DNA of 63,969 bases, the filler included, from Planctomycetota bacterium (GTDB lineage: Bacteria; Planctomycetota; Planctomycetia; JALXBF01), in assembly GCA_026991575.1 (NCBI GenBank). It is 3 parts of 3 records of this genome, joined end to end, with 100 filler letters (N's around TTAATTAATTAA, not from the genome) between each part and the next. Parts side by side here need not be neighbours in the genome. Positions count along the whole stretch, not along the records: positions 21,851 to 43,266 come from JALXBF010000063.1; 2 more parts are not named here. One strand, given 5' to 3'. Positions 28,809 to 38,686 of this stretch are shown piece by piece. The notes under the pieces are model-generated. The model saw nothing but the letters and a program-made list of their open reading frames with translations, was not told the DNA's origin and did no database searches. Numbering within the stretch: the first letter of the stretch is position 1; the number at the start of each line of letters is the position of its first letter. The position numbers and the translations under genes are program-made.

Positions 28809-29228
28809 CTATTCGCTACGCGCAGGCCCGACCGGGGGCCTGTGACGATTAATTTTTCGGATGGATGCAGCCACAGCCGAACCCCTTTGCTGATCAAAAG
28901 ACCTGCTTAGCGCCAGAAGTGCGAGAAGTCCATACAGACACGCGAACACTCGCAGCACGCGCCGCCGCCCCGCATGGGCCAGCCAGAGACCGGCCACAAC
29001 TTCAACCACTGCGATTGACGTCGCCAGCGGTGCACTTACGATCCCCACCACCGGCAGCCTCACGAAGCCGTGCTGGCCGATTGCCAGCAGCTTCGCCACA
29101 CCGGCAAACACCAGAAGGGCTGCTCCTGCGGGCTGAGCCACGCGGGCAAGGGCAGCAAACCCAGCACGCCAAACCGCCGCTGACGTGTCCCTGAACACGT
29201 CTGCAACCGCAGACAGCAACGCTGCCAT
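28809..29228 (-). pseudogene. MauE/DoxX-like membrane protein, frameshifted before its CGC motif
   Basis: LLVFAGVAKL...VVEVVAGLWL...LYGLLALLAL in frame. FGCGCIHPKN-stop appears only in a shifted frame near 28850-28885. Confidence 0.6.
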
Positions 29229-29295
29229 TCTGTCCTCTCCGTGCTCGGAGAGCTCGTTCCCTCCACAGCCCGGGTCCGGTGTCCAGACTTGCCCC

Positions 29296-29321
29296 ATTAT
29301 CCTCCTCCTCCTCCTTGTCAA
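29296..29321 (-). promoter_or_regulatory. Microsatellite-spaced promoter TTGACA-(AGG)5-ATAAT (14-bp spacer)
   Basis: Plus strand ATTAT-(CCT)5-TGTCAA; lies upstream of the family-A gene run. Confidence 0.7.
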
Positions 29322-30129
29322 GTCCCCGGATCCAGCGGTCTAGCGGGCGAAGCAGGGGCTCGCGGGCGGTGTTTGCCATGCGGATGGGGTGGCAGATTCA
29401 TCCCTCGGGAGCGCACGGCGGTGGCATGCCGACAGACCGTCGTTGGGTCGGCGCCGTGGCCGCGTGCACTTGCCTGCGTGAGGAGTGCGAATCCACCTGC
29501 GAGATGGCGAGCGGGCCGGCTCCCAGCCGAAGCCCTGCCGATGGGAATGAGGTGGTCAACCCGCCAGCTTGCTTCGGTGAGCGGGAGGGGGCTTCATGCC
29601 CCCCTCCCGCAAGGTTGATGGATAGCGCCGGCGCATCGCCGAGAAGATTTCTTCTCTGCCGAGCCGCGGGTGGGTCGATCCCGCCCGCGGCTCGGGCGGT
29701 GGGGTTTCCCTGGGCCGTCGGCGTGGGCGAGCAGATTTCGTTGTGCTTCGGGCGGGAGCGCGACCCCGCCGCGCCGACGCCGCGGGCGCCGGCCGCGGCG
29801 GCGGGGGGTTTTCCAATCGGCCGAAGAAAACACAACACGGGGCACCTCGGCGGCAGCCAACCGACCAGTCGGGACGGGACAGAAAGCCCCCGACATGACT
29901 ATCCGAGCAGGCGGACCGGTCTGTTAGCTTTCGAGTTCGCAAGACACCCCGCGGACAGGGCGAGCATCTCCATCATCGTCTGAGCGGCACAGACAGCGGG
30001 CCACTTGCCGGCAGCGCGATCGTGCAGCCGAAACCCACCCGTTGCGTGGTCCATCCGATCGTCCCTATCGGCTTCCATGGCATTGTCGGTTGAGTGCTCT
30101 ATGTCTTGCGAAGGCCGAACCAGGTTCCC

Positions 30130-31779
30130 CTACCGGCCGCTATCAGGCGGACCGCTGGCGGCGGCGCCGCATCCACAGCGTTGACGTTGGACTCTCATGC
30201 CCCCCTGCGGCACGGTAGTCGCCGTCGTTGAGTCCGATGCTCCTTCGGCCGTGGCGCGGTCCTGAAGTGTGAGGATGATGTGCCGCGTGTCTGCGCAACC
30301 GGAATCGTAGTAGACGGTTGCCCACGCGATGCCGTAGCCAGGTAGCTCTTTGACCAGCCATGCGTTCTGGTGAGAGCAGGCCAGCCACACACGCTCCCCC
30401 TTGACGTCGGTCAGGTGGGAGACGTGTTGCTCGCGCACGAGCGCCGGAGCGTACACGATGAGACGCCTGTCACGATCAGCCAGTTCCGGTGCGTAGACGA
30501 CCAGTTGCAGCGGCACCGGTGGATGTGTCAGGTAGTACTTCAGACGCAAGAAGCACTCGGCGTCGCCAACGAACACATCGCCGGGCTGGCTGTACTTTCG
30601 TACTTCCAGCGCTGCAAGCCGAGCAGCCTCGCGCGCGGGCACGCGATGCCATAGCGCGGCGATGGCCGAGAAGCTGACCGCGATCATGAACAGCGACAAC
30701 GCGACGCCGCGCCAGAATGTGCTCTCCAGCACGAACGCCTTACTGGCCAGCGTGATCATGGCAAGCGGGACGAGATGCACGAGGTAGCGTGCCTCGAAGA
30801 CACTCTGTTTCAGGATGACTGTGCCGAGCACGATTCCCAGCGCGTGAGTCAACGCGATGGCCAGGAACAACCACTCGAATGCAGCTCCGAACCAGGGCAC
30901 GATCAGCAGCAAGCCGAAGGCGGCAGCCAGCACGACGAGCCAGCCACTGGGAGGGGAACCCCACGTTATCGCGCTGATCGGCTCGCTGAACAGCTGTGCC
31001 CACGGACCGGCCAGAGCGTGCCAGCTGAGTGGCGGGATCCAGAACCCACCGCTGACGCGCTGAGCCTGGCCGACAAGCACGGGGACCCAAGGACCATAGG
31101 CTAGCGCCAGAAGGGCGACACTGACCACGCCGCGGCGTAGCAGCAAGTTTCGGACCGGCCGCTCAGCCGCCAGAGTCGCGCCCACGAGCCACAAGAGCTC
31201 TCCTGCAACGACGAACAACCCGTAGTTGTGGGAGTACACCGCGATCACACTCCCGGCCCACCATGCCAGCCAGGGGCCGAGCCGGTGCGGTGTACGGGCC
31301 ACGGCCAGGCAGCCGGCGACGCTCAACATCGTCCCGAACATAAGCATGGCATACATCCGTGCCATGTACGCCGTGCTCGCACACGCGGGATTGGCTGCAG
31401 TCAGCAGGAACGACACCAACGCGAGTTCCTCAGCCCGCTTGACCCGGGCGCTGAAGCCATACCATCCGGCCCAGAACACACACGCGACCGCAGCTACCGA
31501 AAGAATGCCCGACAGAAGGCGCATGCTGAAGATGCTGTCCCCGAGAAGCTCAATCCAGAAATGCAGCAGCAGGTAGTGGCCCGGGGGATGGGTATCCCCA
31601 GCGACCATGCGCAGCAGCTCGGGGACGGGTTGCGTCGCCACGGCCCAGCTGAACGCTTCGTCGTTCCAGAAGCAGACCTTGTCGGTCCAGAGGTTGATCC
31701 GCGCCAGCGTGGCCAGCAGTATGCCTGCCAGCAGGATCCGCCACGGCCGGCTTGTCTCTTGCCGGGCGCCCTGGGTCAC
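30130..31779 (-). CDS. GT-C superfamily integral-membrane glycosyltransferase (PMT/ArnT-like)
   Basis: FWNDEAFS, DTHPPGHYLLL, RLLS, ARMYAM, YSHNYG, PWVP, RYL; many TM helices. Confidence 0.88.
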   Translation of the reverse strand: MTQGARQETSRPWRILLAGILLATLARINLWTDKVCFWNDEAFSWAVATQPVPELLRMVAGDTHPPGHYLLLHFWIELLGDSIFSMRLLSGILSVAAVACVFWAGWYGFSARVKRAEELALVSFLLTAANPACASTAYMARMYAMLMFGTMLSVAGCLAVARTPHRLGPWLAWWAGSVIAVYSHNYGLFVVAGELLWLVGATLAAERPVRNLLLRRGVVSVALLALAYGPWVPVLVGQAQRVSGGFWIPPLSWHALAGPWAQLFSEPISAITWGSPPSGWLVVLAAAFGLLLIVPWFGAAFEWLFLAIALTHALGIVLGTVILKQSVFEARYLVHLVPLAMITLASKAFVLESTFWRGVALSLFMIAVSFSAIAALWHRVPAREAARLAALEVRKYSQPGDVFVGDAECFLRLKYYLTHPPVPLQLVVYAPELADRDRRLIVYAPALVREQHVSHLTDVKGERVWLACSHQNAWLVKELPGYGIAWATVYYDSGCADTRHIILTLQDRATAEGASDSTTATTVPQGGMRVQRQRCGCGAAASGPPDSGR

Positions 31780-33389
31780 GTGTCCCTCCCGTCGATGGAC
31801 TGCTCTGCGGTGCCACGTCGCTCGGCGGTCCGCTTGGCCTCGTGCCGCGACGCGCGCGAGCGAAAACCGCTAGCAGGCTCGATTCCGTCCCGTTTCCGAG
31901 CCGCCCAGGCGCGAACCGGTACCAGACAGCGGACGTCTACCCACTGTTCCAGGTGTAAACCGACAGTGCTTAGCAACTCGGCCAGTTCGTCCGACTTGGC
32001 GAAGTACACGGTACGCTCCAGCAGGCGAACGATACCGCCGTGGATGAGGCGACCGGTGAATGTGTCGACGTTCCCGTCGGCGAGGATCACGAGGCCTCCG
32101 GGTCGGACGACCCGGCTGATCTCGGCGACGGCCTGACCCAGCGACCGGAAATGGTGAGCGGCGTGCAAGCAGACAACGACGTCAAACACGCCACTCCTGA
32201 AGGGCAGGTGCTCGGCTTCGGACCGCACGACGGGCTGCCCGTGCACATTTCTAGGAAGTGGGTCCACGCCAACGTACCGTAGCCTCTGGTGTAAGCTGTC
32301 GGGCCACGCGTTGGCAAAGCCGCACGTGCCGCTGCCAACGTCCAGTACCCTTCCGGCACGCGGGCAGGGGATCAGTTCCAGGGCTGCGCAGTAGGTGGGT
32401 TGGAAAAACCACCGGTGCAGGAAGGCTCCGTCGTATAGCGGAGCGTAGCGGGCAAACAGGATCACATTGGAACGTCTTACCCGCCGGGCGGAATCTGGAT
32501 TCGGGCCGGCTGCAGTTGGTCGTCCCGGCCGGGAAGGCTGCGCCGCATGGGGCTGGAGAGCCTCGGCCATCCCACGGCCACGCAGCTGGGCCAACCGGAT
32601 CAGCATCCGCAAACCGTCACGCACAAAGCTAAGACGTGAGCCGGGACATTCCGTCCAGCGCACGGGCACGGCCCGGATCTGCTTGCCTGTCTTCCAGGCT
32701 AGTGTCAGCAGTTCCAGATCGAAGAGGTAGCCGGTCTCTGTTGTCCGTTCGACCAGCGGTCGCATGCGGTTACGGTCGAGCGCTTTGAAGCCGATTTGGG
32801 GATCGACGACGGGACAACCGGTTAGCCAACGGGCAGCGACGGCGAACAGACGGCTGCCCAGTCGCCGATACCAGAGCCGCTTGACCTTGCCTGCGGCGGC
32901 GCCGCGGACGCGGCAGCCGACCGCGAAATCGGCCCCCAGGGAGATGGCCTGGGCGAGTCGGAGTAGGTCTTCCGGTGGGGTTGCTCCATCGGCATCAGCG
33001 AACAGAACGCACTGCCCACGGGCGGCGAGGAACCCGGTCCGTAACGCCGCCCCCTTGCCCCGGTTCCGCTCGTGCCGGATCACACGCAGCGAGCCTGTTT
33101 GAGGCAGGACCTCCAGCAGTGCCTGCACAGGCTGGATGCTGCCGTCATCGACGATGATGACCTCGTGCCGATCCCCGAAAGCTTGCTCCAGAGCTGGCAA
33201 CAGACGCCGCAGGTGTGTCACCAGCCGCTCGTCCTCGTTGTAAGCCGGAATAACCACGGACACGGCGCATCCGGCGACGGTGTGCCGAGCGGAACGGGAA
33301 GCGGACCCGGCCAGACCTGGCCGGTCGTGCTTCTCGGCTTGACGTCCGGCGCAAGAAACCGCTGGCCTAATCCTGGTCCTACTCGCCAT
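31776..33389 (-). CDS. GT2 polyprenol-phosphate glycosyltransferase fused to class I SAM methyltransferase
   Basis: VVIPAYNE, IVDDGS, NRGKGAA, FADADG, DPQIGFK, YLFDLE; then VLDVGSGT, AEHLPF, FDVV, RVVRPGG. Confidence 0.85.
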   Translation of the reverse strand: MASRTRIRPAVSCAGRQAEKHDRPGLAGSASRSARHTVAGCAVSVVIPAYNEDERLVTHLRRLLPALEQAFGDRHEVIIVDDGSIQPVQALLEVLPQTGSLRVIRHERNRGKGAALRTGFLAARGQCVLFADADGATPPEDLLRLAQAISLGADFAVGCRVRGAAAGKVKRLWYRRLGSRLFAVAARWLTGCPVVDPQIGFKALDRNRMRPLVERTTETGYLFDLELLTLAWKTGKQIRAVPVRWTECPGSRLSFVRDGLRMLIRLAQLRGRGMAEALQPHAAQPSRPGRPTAAGPNPDSARRVRRSNVILFARYAPLYDGAFLHRWFFQPTYCAALELIPCPRAGRVLDVGSGTCGFANAWPDSLHQRLRYVGVDPLPRNVHGQPVVRSEAEHLPFRSGVFDVVVCLHAAHHFRSLGQAVAEISRVVRPGGLVILADGNVDTFTGRLIHGGIVRLLERTVYFAKSDELAELLSTVGLHLEQWVDVRCLVPVRAWAARKRDGIEPASGFRSRASRHEAKRTAERRGTAEQSIDGRDT

Positions 33390-35040
33390 TAGCTGTCCGG
33401 TCCTCTGCACGAGCCAGTGGGCGCAACTCGCGCAGCTCCGCGTAGCTCAGCTGCACCGTGCTCACCCCATCTCGGCCCACGTAGATCCAGCCCGGCCCGG
33501 CAGGCAGCTGGGCAACGATCTGGCCAGACGGGTCGACGACCGCAGATCCTCGATAGGCCTGTGCGGACAATTGCCAGCGCCGTGCCTGAATCCCCCGGCT
33601 CCGCAGTGCCCATCGATGTTCGACGAGTAGGCCCGGCGATGCGGCGAACCGTGATTCATCGCCTATGTGGATCACCGCGGCAATGTTGCTGCCCGGTGTG
33701 GCGTGCGCTCCCCAGTAGACGTACTTTTCCAGGCAGATCGCGACGCGAAACCGCATCTTGCGGCCATCGATGGAACAAATCATGGCTGGGCGCGGGGATC
33801 CGGGCATGAGCACAGGGGGTGGGGTGTGCCACAGCCCCAGAAGACGGCCTAGCTCCAGAAGCTCCGCCGGCGCTGTTTCCAAGAACCAGACTAGGGTCCG
33901 TTTCTCATACCACTGAAAGCTGCCGTCCGGGCCGACGCAGACAGCGCCATTAGTGCGGCGTCCGTTGGGGTAATGCAGTAGCAGGCCGATGATGAAATAG
34001 GTGTCCCAGCGTCTGGCAATGGGCAGGACGGTGTTTTCAAGATCCAAATTGCCCGGCATCTCCAGCAGACGCAGACTACCGTCCGAGGTTTCCTTGACGT
34101 ACGCTGTGCCCAACGTTGTCTCAGGCCACACCACGATGTTCGGACGATGCTCCTGCAGAGCAGCCAGTGTCAGTGCGGCCGCTGTCTCGTCGCGGCCTAG
34201 TGCGGGCACGCCTGCAATGGGCACAGCCGGCACGCCCGGTTGGACCAGAAGGACACCGGACACTGCGGGGGCAGAGCGGGAGCCGGAATGCTGCCAGGCC
34301 AGCCCAAGGAGGTTCGAGGCCACAAGCAGACTAACCCAGGCGGCGATGTACGCTCGCCGGGACGCACGTCTGGTCAGCCACAGGCTCAGTGCGGTCTGCT
34401 GGAACACATTCAGCCATGCCAGTCCCAGCGGCCCGAGGATGGACAGGAGTTGTCCCATTGGCAACGCGGACAGCGGGCTGTGGGACGCCAGTGTGGGCCA
34501 GGCAAACACCCACGCGCGTCCGTGCTCCAGGGATACGACGACCAACGGCCCAACGCACAGGAGGACGGCCGGCCAACGCGAAAGCAGGCTGTACACTTCG
34601 GCCACGATACCCAGCTGGATTCCGAAGAGAAGGCATGCCCCGAAAGCGGCACAGTAGCCGGCGGTTGAATCGGCTACCGAGCAGAGGTAGGGCGCGGCGA
34701 GCATTGCCGTGGTAGCTCCGACCACGGTACCCCAACCGAGGCCCCAGCGACCCAGCAGCGCGAAGCCGAAGAGCGGTACCCAGCAGAAGAGGGCGCCCAC
34801 AGTGATTCCAAACCGGTAGGTAACTACCCACGCACCTACCGTCACGGATACCAGTGCGGCGTTGAGAAGCAGACGGTACAGGGCGATCCGGAACCGTGAG
34901 AACCTTCGCGAGCCCGTGCTGCTGGACGATCCGTCGACGCTGACGGATGGCGTGAAGCGGCGCAGCGCGAGTGCGGAAAGTGACTCCAACCGGGTCCCTA
35001 GCAGTCTCAGCATTGGTCCGCCCGGTGCAGGACCGCGCAT
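33379..35040 (-). CDS. Apolipoprotein N-acyltransferase (Lnt)-like membrane nitrilase-fold enzyme
   Basis: N-terminal TM bundle, VQPG, VVWPET (E), YEKRTLV (K), AICLE (C), GSAVVDPSG. Confidence 0.78.
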   Translation of the reverse strand: MRGPAPGGPMLRLLGTRLESLSALALRRFTPSVSVDGSSSSTGSRRFSRFRIALYRLLLNAALVSVTVGAWVVTYRFGITVGALFCWVPLFGFALLGRWGLGWGTVVGATTAMLAAPYLCSVADSTAGYCAAFGACLLFGIQLGIVAEVYSLLSRWPAVLLCVGPLVVVSLEHGRAWVFAWPTLASHSPLSALPMGQLLSILGPLGLAWLNVFQQTALSLWLTRRASRRAYIAAWVSLLVASNLLGLAWQHSGSRSAPAVSGVLLVQPGVPAVPIAGVPALGRDETAAALTLAALQEHRPNIVVWPETTLGTAYVKETSDGSLRLLEMPGNLDLENTVLPIARRWDTYFIIGLLLHYPNGRRTNGAVCVGPDGSFQWYEKRTLVWFLETAPAELLELGRLLGLWHTPPPVLMPGSPRPAMICSIDGRKMRFRVAICLEKYVYWGAHATPGSNIAAVIHIGDESRFAASPGLLVEHRWALRSRGIQARRWQLSAQAYRGSAVVDPSGQIVAQLPAGPGWIYVGRDGVSTVQLSYAELRELRPLARAEDRTANGE

Positions 35041-35603
35041 TAGCTTCCCCCCTTTTCACGTTCGCCCGGGTCCGCGCGGCTGCTCGTTGCGCTTGCAGAA
35101 TGACCGGCGGAGCTAGCGACGGCGTGGGTCGGCAGCCTGACCGGTATGGTACCCACGTCGGGTCCTACGTAGAGCACAACCCACTCGTCGTTGGAAGCCT
35201 CACCGGTCGAGGGCCTGGCGTCCGGATCCGTGCGTACGCGAAAGACCAGGGTGATCGTCTGCCCGGGGGGGATGGACCGCGGCAGTTGGTCCGTGAGCAC
35301 GCAGTTGCAACTCGCCTGAGCGCCGTAGATAGTCAACGTGCGGCTGGTGAGGTTCTTGAGTCCCACGGGAACGCGGATCACTCCGTTGGACGTTGTCGTT
35401 GGCGCAAGGACGCTCACGGCGAGCTTTTCACCGCCCAGCCACGCGAGGAAATCGTGGAGCGATCCCTTCCAGAGCACACCTGCGCCGATCACGCCGAGGG
35501 CCAACAGCAGTCCCAGCGTGCTGCCCATGATCAAGGATCTAAACTGTGGCCGATCAAACGCCGCTCTAACCATGCCTGAGCGCGCTTCAGTCACCGCGTG
35601 CAT
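35040..35603 (-). CDS. DUF1573-like Ig-fold membrane-anchored protein (start uncertain)
   Basis: TM helix, then LKNLTSRTLTIYGAQASCNC...IPPGQ. Stop overlaps next start (TAATG). Confidence 0.72.
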   Translation of the reverse strand: MHAVTEARSGMVRAAFDRPQFRSLIMGSTLGLLLALGVIGAGVLWKGSLHDFLAWLGGEKLAVSVLAPTTTSNGVIRVPVGLKNLTSRTLTIYGAQASCNCVLTDQLPRSIPPGQTITLVFRVRTDPDARPSTGEASNDEWVVLYVGPDVGTIPVRLPTHAVASSAGHSASATSSRADPGEREKGGS

Positions 35604-36816
35604 CCCCTACGTCGAATTGACGCGATCGGCCCCAACTCCCCGCGGTGGGCTGTCGGGAGCCGACAGCCAGACCGGTCACAGAGGCCCGATCGACGACCGA
35701 CGGGGCCACTACTAGTGCCCGGGGCCGCCTGCCTTGCGCGGTGCGACCTGCACTGGACGTAGTCTTTTGTTTCGCTGCGGTGCGGTGCTGTGGGAGGGTG
35801 CCGTTCCGCACACCGGCACCATAGCCGCGCTTGCCGACGGCTGTGCTGTCTGGACGGGGAGAAAGGTGTCGCACTTCGACAACGATATCCTTGTGTACGC
35901 GGATGAGTAGAGGGGTCTGCCGGACCGATTTCGCCGGGGTCGGTAGCGCGACCACTTGCCAGCCGCTGGCCTGCAGCAAGGACTGCAAATCCTGGTCGGC
36001 GGACAGTAGGACGACCGTTGGCGGATTATCTTCGCCTGGCGGTGCGAAGAGCAGCGGACGCAGATGCTTCACTGAGCGTCGGCACTCAGAGCAAGTGGGA
36101 TCCAGTAGTAGCATGGAGTTCTTGCGGTGCTGGTTTTCCGTAACAGCGTGCAGCATACGAGGCACTGGTTGCCCAAGCCATTGATAGGGATCTACGAGGA
36201 CGCTGCCGCTTCTTGTGACAAGTACTCCCGAGTAGACCTCATGCACTGACCGAGCTGCGAGGGCGACAGAGACGGCGCTGACCGTTGCCAAGCAGGTAGC
36301 GATTCCGGTGCCCAGGGTGACGGACGTGGTGGTGGTGGCGTCAGACCCCGATCTGGTGGCTCGAACGAAGAGTAGTGTTCCAACAGTGAAGTCGAACATG
36401 CTGACCAGTAGGGGATGGATCTGGACGAACGGACCAAAGCAACCGCACGTATCGCGGCCGAGTCCCGCCATCGTTAGAGCGGCGGCTCCCAGAAGCCACC
36501 ACCACAGGGCTGCGAGTCGCTGCAGGGTTCGCCACTGAGGGGTGATGATCAGGACGGTGCCGAGCCAGAGCTCAACGGGAACGGCAGCGTAGCTGACGGT
36601 GGCGAGCCAGCCATCTGCGGCTACGACCCAGCCGAATCGCCACAGTGCTGCCAGCTTGAAGACACTCGCCGCGACAAGAGTGAGTCCAAGTACGACAGGC
36701 AGAGCAGCGCCGGACAAGCTAGCGACCAGAAGGTTCTTGACCGGGCTTTGGCCGCCTTTCGGAGCGCGTGCCGCGGTGTGTTCGGCTACGTTCGTCGTCT
36801 GGCGACTCGTTCTCAT
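35587..36816 (-). CDS. MauE/DoxX-family membrane protein with C-terminal thioredoxin-like CxxC domain
   Basis: LVAASVFKL, VELWLG, TCGCFG, then DPYQWLGQ...LLDPTCSECRR. Confidence 0.8.
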   Translation of the reverse strand: MRTSRQTTNVAEHTAARAPKGGQSPVKNLLVASLSGAALPVVLGLTLVAASVFKLAALWRFGWVVAADGWLATVSYAAVPVELWLGTVLIITPQWRTLQRLAALWWWLLGAAALTMAGLGRDTCGCFGPFVQIHPLLVSMFDFTVGTLLFVRATRSGSDATTTTSVTLGTGIATCLATVSAVSVALAARSVHEVYSGVLVTRSGSVLVDPYQWLGQPVPRMLHAVTENQHRKNSMLLLDPTCSECRRSVKHLRPLLFAPPGEDNPPTVVLLSADQDLQSLLQASGWQVVALPTPAKSVRQTPLLIRVHKDIVVEVRHLSPRPDSTAVGKRGYGAGVRNGTLPQHRTAAKQKTTSSAGRTAQGRRPRALVVAPSVVDRASVTGLAVGSRQPTAGSWGRSRQFDVGDARGD

Positions 36817-37213
36817 GGGTGGCTTCCCCTCAGGGACGGACTTTTTCGCCCGTAAGGCACCTAGTGCACTGCTTCAGTGCGTTCGGGGGTGCCGAACGCG
36901 CGCCGTTCCATCCGGCGCCTTGTCCGTGGTCGTGCGTCGGATCCGTGGTCGCGGAACCGCACCAGCGGCACGGCGACGCAGCCCCAAGGGAGGGTACCAG
37001 AGCCAAAGCCCCAATTGCCACGAGTTTCGCTGCGGGATCCCGGATGCGTGTCCCGCATGACACTTTCGCGTTTGGGTACTAATGGCACGTGGCCCTGGTA
37101 CCCTCGTCTAGCTCCTTGTGACGCCGAACCCCCCTGCCGTGCAGGGCTGCCACCGAGGGACCCACTGCCCGACGGAAACCCCAACGCGCTGGCTCGTGCC
37201 AGCGCGTCAGCCT

Positions 37214-38290
37214 CTAACCGCCGCTAGCCCTTTCCGTGGCACGTGCCCGGCGCAGTGCGAGCAGCGCAAGCAGCGCCAGGACGAGTGCGGTGACGGATCC
37301 TGCCGCCAGGACGAGCGCCCGACTACTGGAAGTCTGCTCAATCGCCGACTCGTCGATCCCGTAGTACGGCAAGTAAAACGCCTCAGCGGGATGGCGGCAT
37401 GCAGTACTGCCAAGGATGGTGTATTCCAACAAGTCGCGTTGGAGGATGGCAGGAGTTCCGTTCATGGTTTCTGCGAGGACCTGTTCAACGACGTACCTGC
37501 TGGGCTCAAGGGATGAACCGTCGGCGTAGAAGACTCTTGTCGTGGTCACGCACTGAACGGTGGGATGAGTAGAAACGACCCTAGCCGAGACGCATGCATA
37601 CTGCCTGGCTGGATCGAAAGAGATGTGCCACTGTCGGTTCGGTCGCGCGAACCAGCAGCGATGCGCGACCGTGGTGGAGACGACGGCCTTCACGCTACCG
37701 CCGGGCGTCCGGACACAGCGGGACGAGAAGCCTCGGGTGCCGGCAAGGGCCACCGTGGCTGGCAGCCCGCAGGCGACTATCGGTGACAATACGGCCATGA
37801 CGGCATCTGACAGCCGGGAACCGTGCTTCCCAACCGCATGGAAGTCCGGATATCGAGCGTACCAGCGGGGGTTTGCCAGGCCACGCCGCAGCGTGTAGTA
37901 GCCTTCTCCTATGCGTAGTACGCTAGCGGAGTACCGTTCGTTGAGCAGAACGACGTGTTCGTTGCCGTTAGAGAGTCGCCTGCGAATACGCAACCTTCGG
38001 TCGCGCAGTCGGAAGCACACCCAAAATTCGTTCGATATGCTGCCAGGAGGTTCTTCGGATGCGGATGCCTGAGGTACCTTCCACACGCGGCTCAAATGGA
38101 ACTCTCGGCCGTCGACGGCGTTCAAGTATTTCGCTTCCAAGGCCCGTACATGTGGCAACAACTGGCCGCACGAGCCGGCATTGTCTTTCTGGCTAGCCTG
38201 CTCGCGCGCATCCACAGCGCTGATCGCGCCCAAGGCCAGGGAGCACAAAGCCCCTATTGTGAGGTGGCTTAGTTGTCTATGCACTAACAT
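37214..38290 (-). CDS. Family-B partner protein B4
   Basis: Signal peptide; LEAKYL..DGREF, FWVCFR, WY..YPDF, CRHPAEAFYLPYYGIDES, TM plus RR. Confidence 0.85.
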   Translation of the reverse strand: MLVHRQLSHLTIGALCSLALGAISAVDAREQASQKDNAGSCGQLLPHVRALEAKYLNAVDGREFHLSRVWKVPQASASEEPPGSISNEFWVCFRLRDRRLRIRRRLSNGNEHVVLLNERYSASVLRIGEGYYTLRRGLANPRWYARYPDFHAVGKHGSRLSDAVMAVLSPIVACGLPATVALAGTRGFSSRCVRTPGGSVKAVVSTTVAHRCWFARPNRQWHISFDPARQYACVSARVVSTHPTVQCVTTTRVFYADGSSLEPSRYVVEQVLAETMNGTPAILQRDLLEYTILGSTACRHPAEAFYLPYYGIDESAIEQTSSSRALVLAAGSVTALVLALLALLALRRARATERASGG

Positions 38291-38511
38291 TCCTCTTCCT
38301 GGTCGTTCCACCTGCACTGCAGCGCGCCCTGTCGTTGGCAGTCGTTATTGCGGTAGGCGCACCTGGTCTTCTTGCTAGGAGTCCATCCGTCGCAGTGGAC
38401 GTCTAGGCTAGCCAGTGCAGGGCGTTCCACGGACCGAGCGGTTGCGAAAGCTAAGAGGAGGGACAGCATGCCGAGCGAGGAGGCAACGGCGACGAGCAGG
38501 GTCTGCTTCAT
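38284..38511 (-). CDS. Exported Cys-rich peptide B4, ending at an amber codon inside the terminal CxC
   Basis: MKQTLL signal; CDGWTPSKKTRCAYRNNDCQRQGALQCRWNDQEEEC-TAG-CIDN-TAA. Confidence 0.8.
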   Translation of the reverse strand: MKQTLLVAVASSLGMLSLLLAFATARSVERPALASLDVHCDGWTPSKKTRCAYRNNDCQRQGALQCRWNDQEEEC

Positions 38512-38686
38512 GGCCTGGCTCCGTCGTGATTGACCCGTCGCAGTTAGGGCTATCGGCACCGACTCTCCTTCTCCGCCGCCCCGTCGAGAGGCTGAGGCGT
38601 CAAAACTAATGTTTCCGGGCCGCGGCCCTGGCCGGGCCGCGCCATTTGGCCTTGGCCGTTGTCTTCGCACGGGCACCAAGTCCGGA

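Noticed and set aside
29330..30129. Overlapping ORFs in the 800-bp gap between GT-C and array A
   Set aside because: No recognisable motifs, signal or Cys pattern; GC-rich open frames on both strands.
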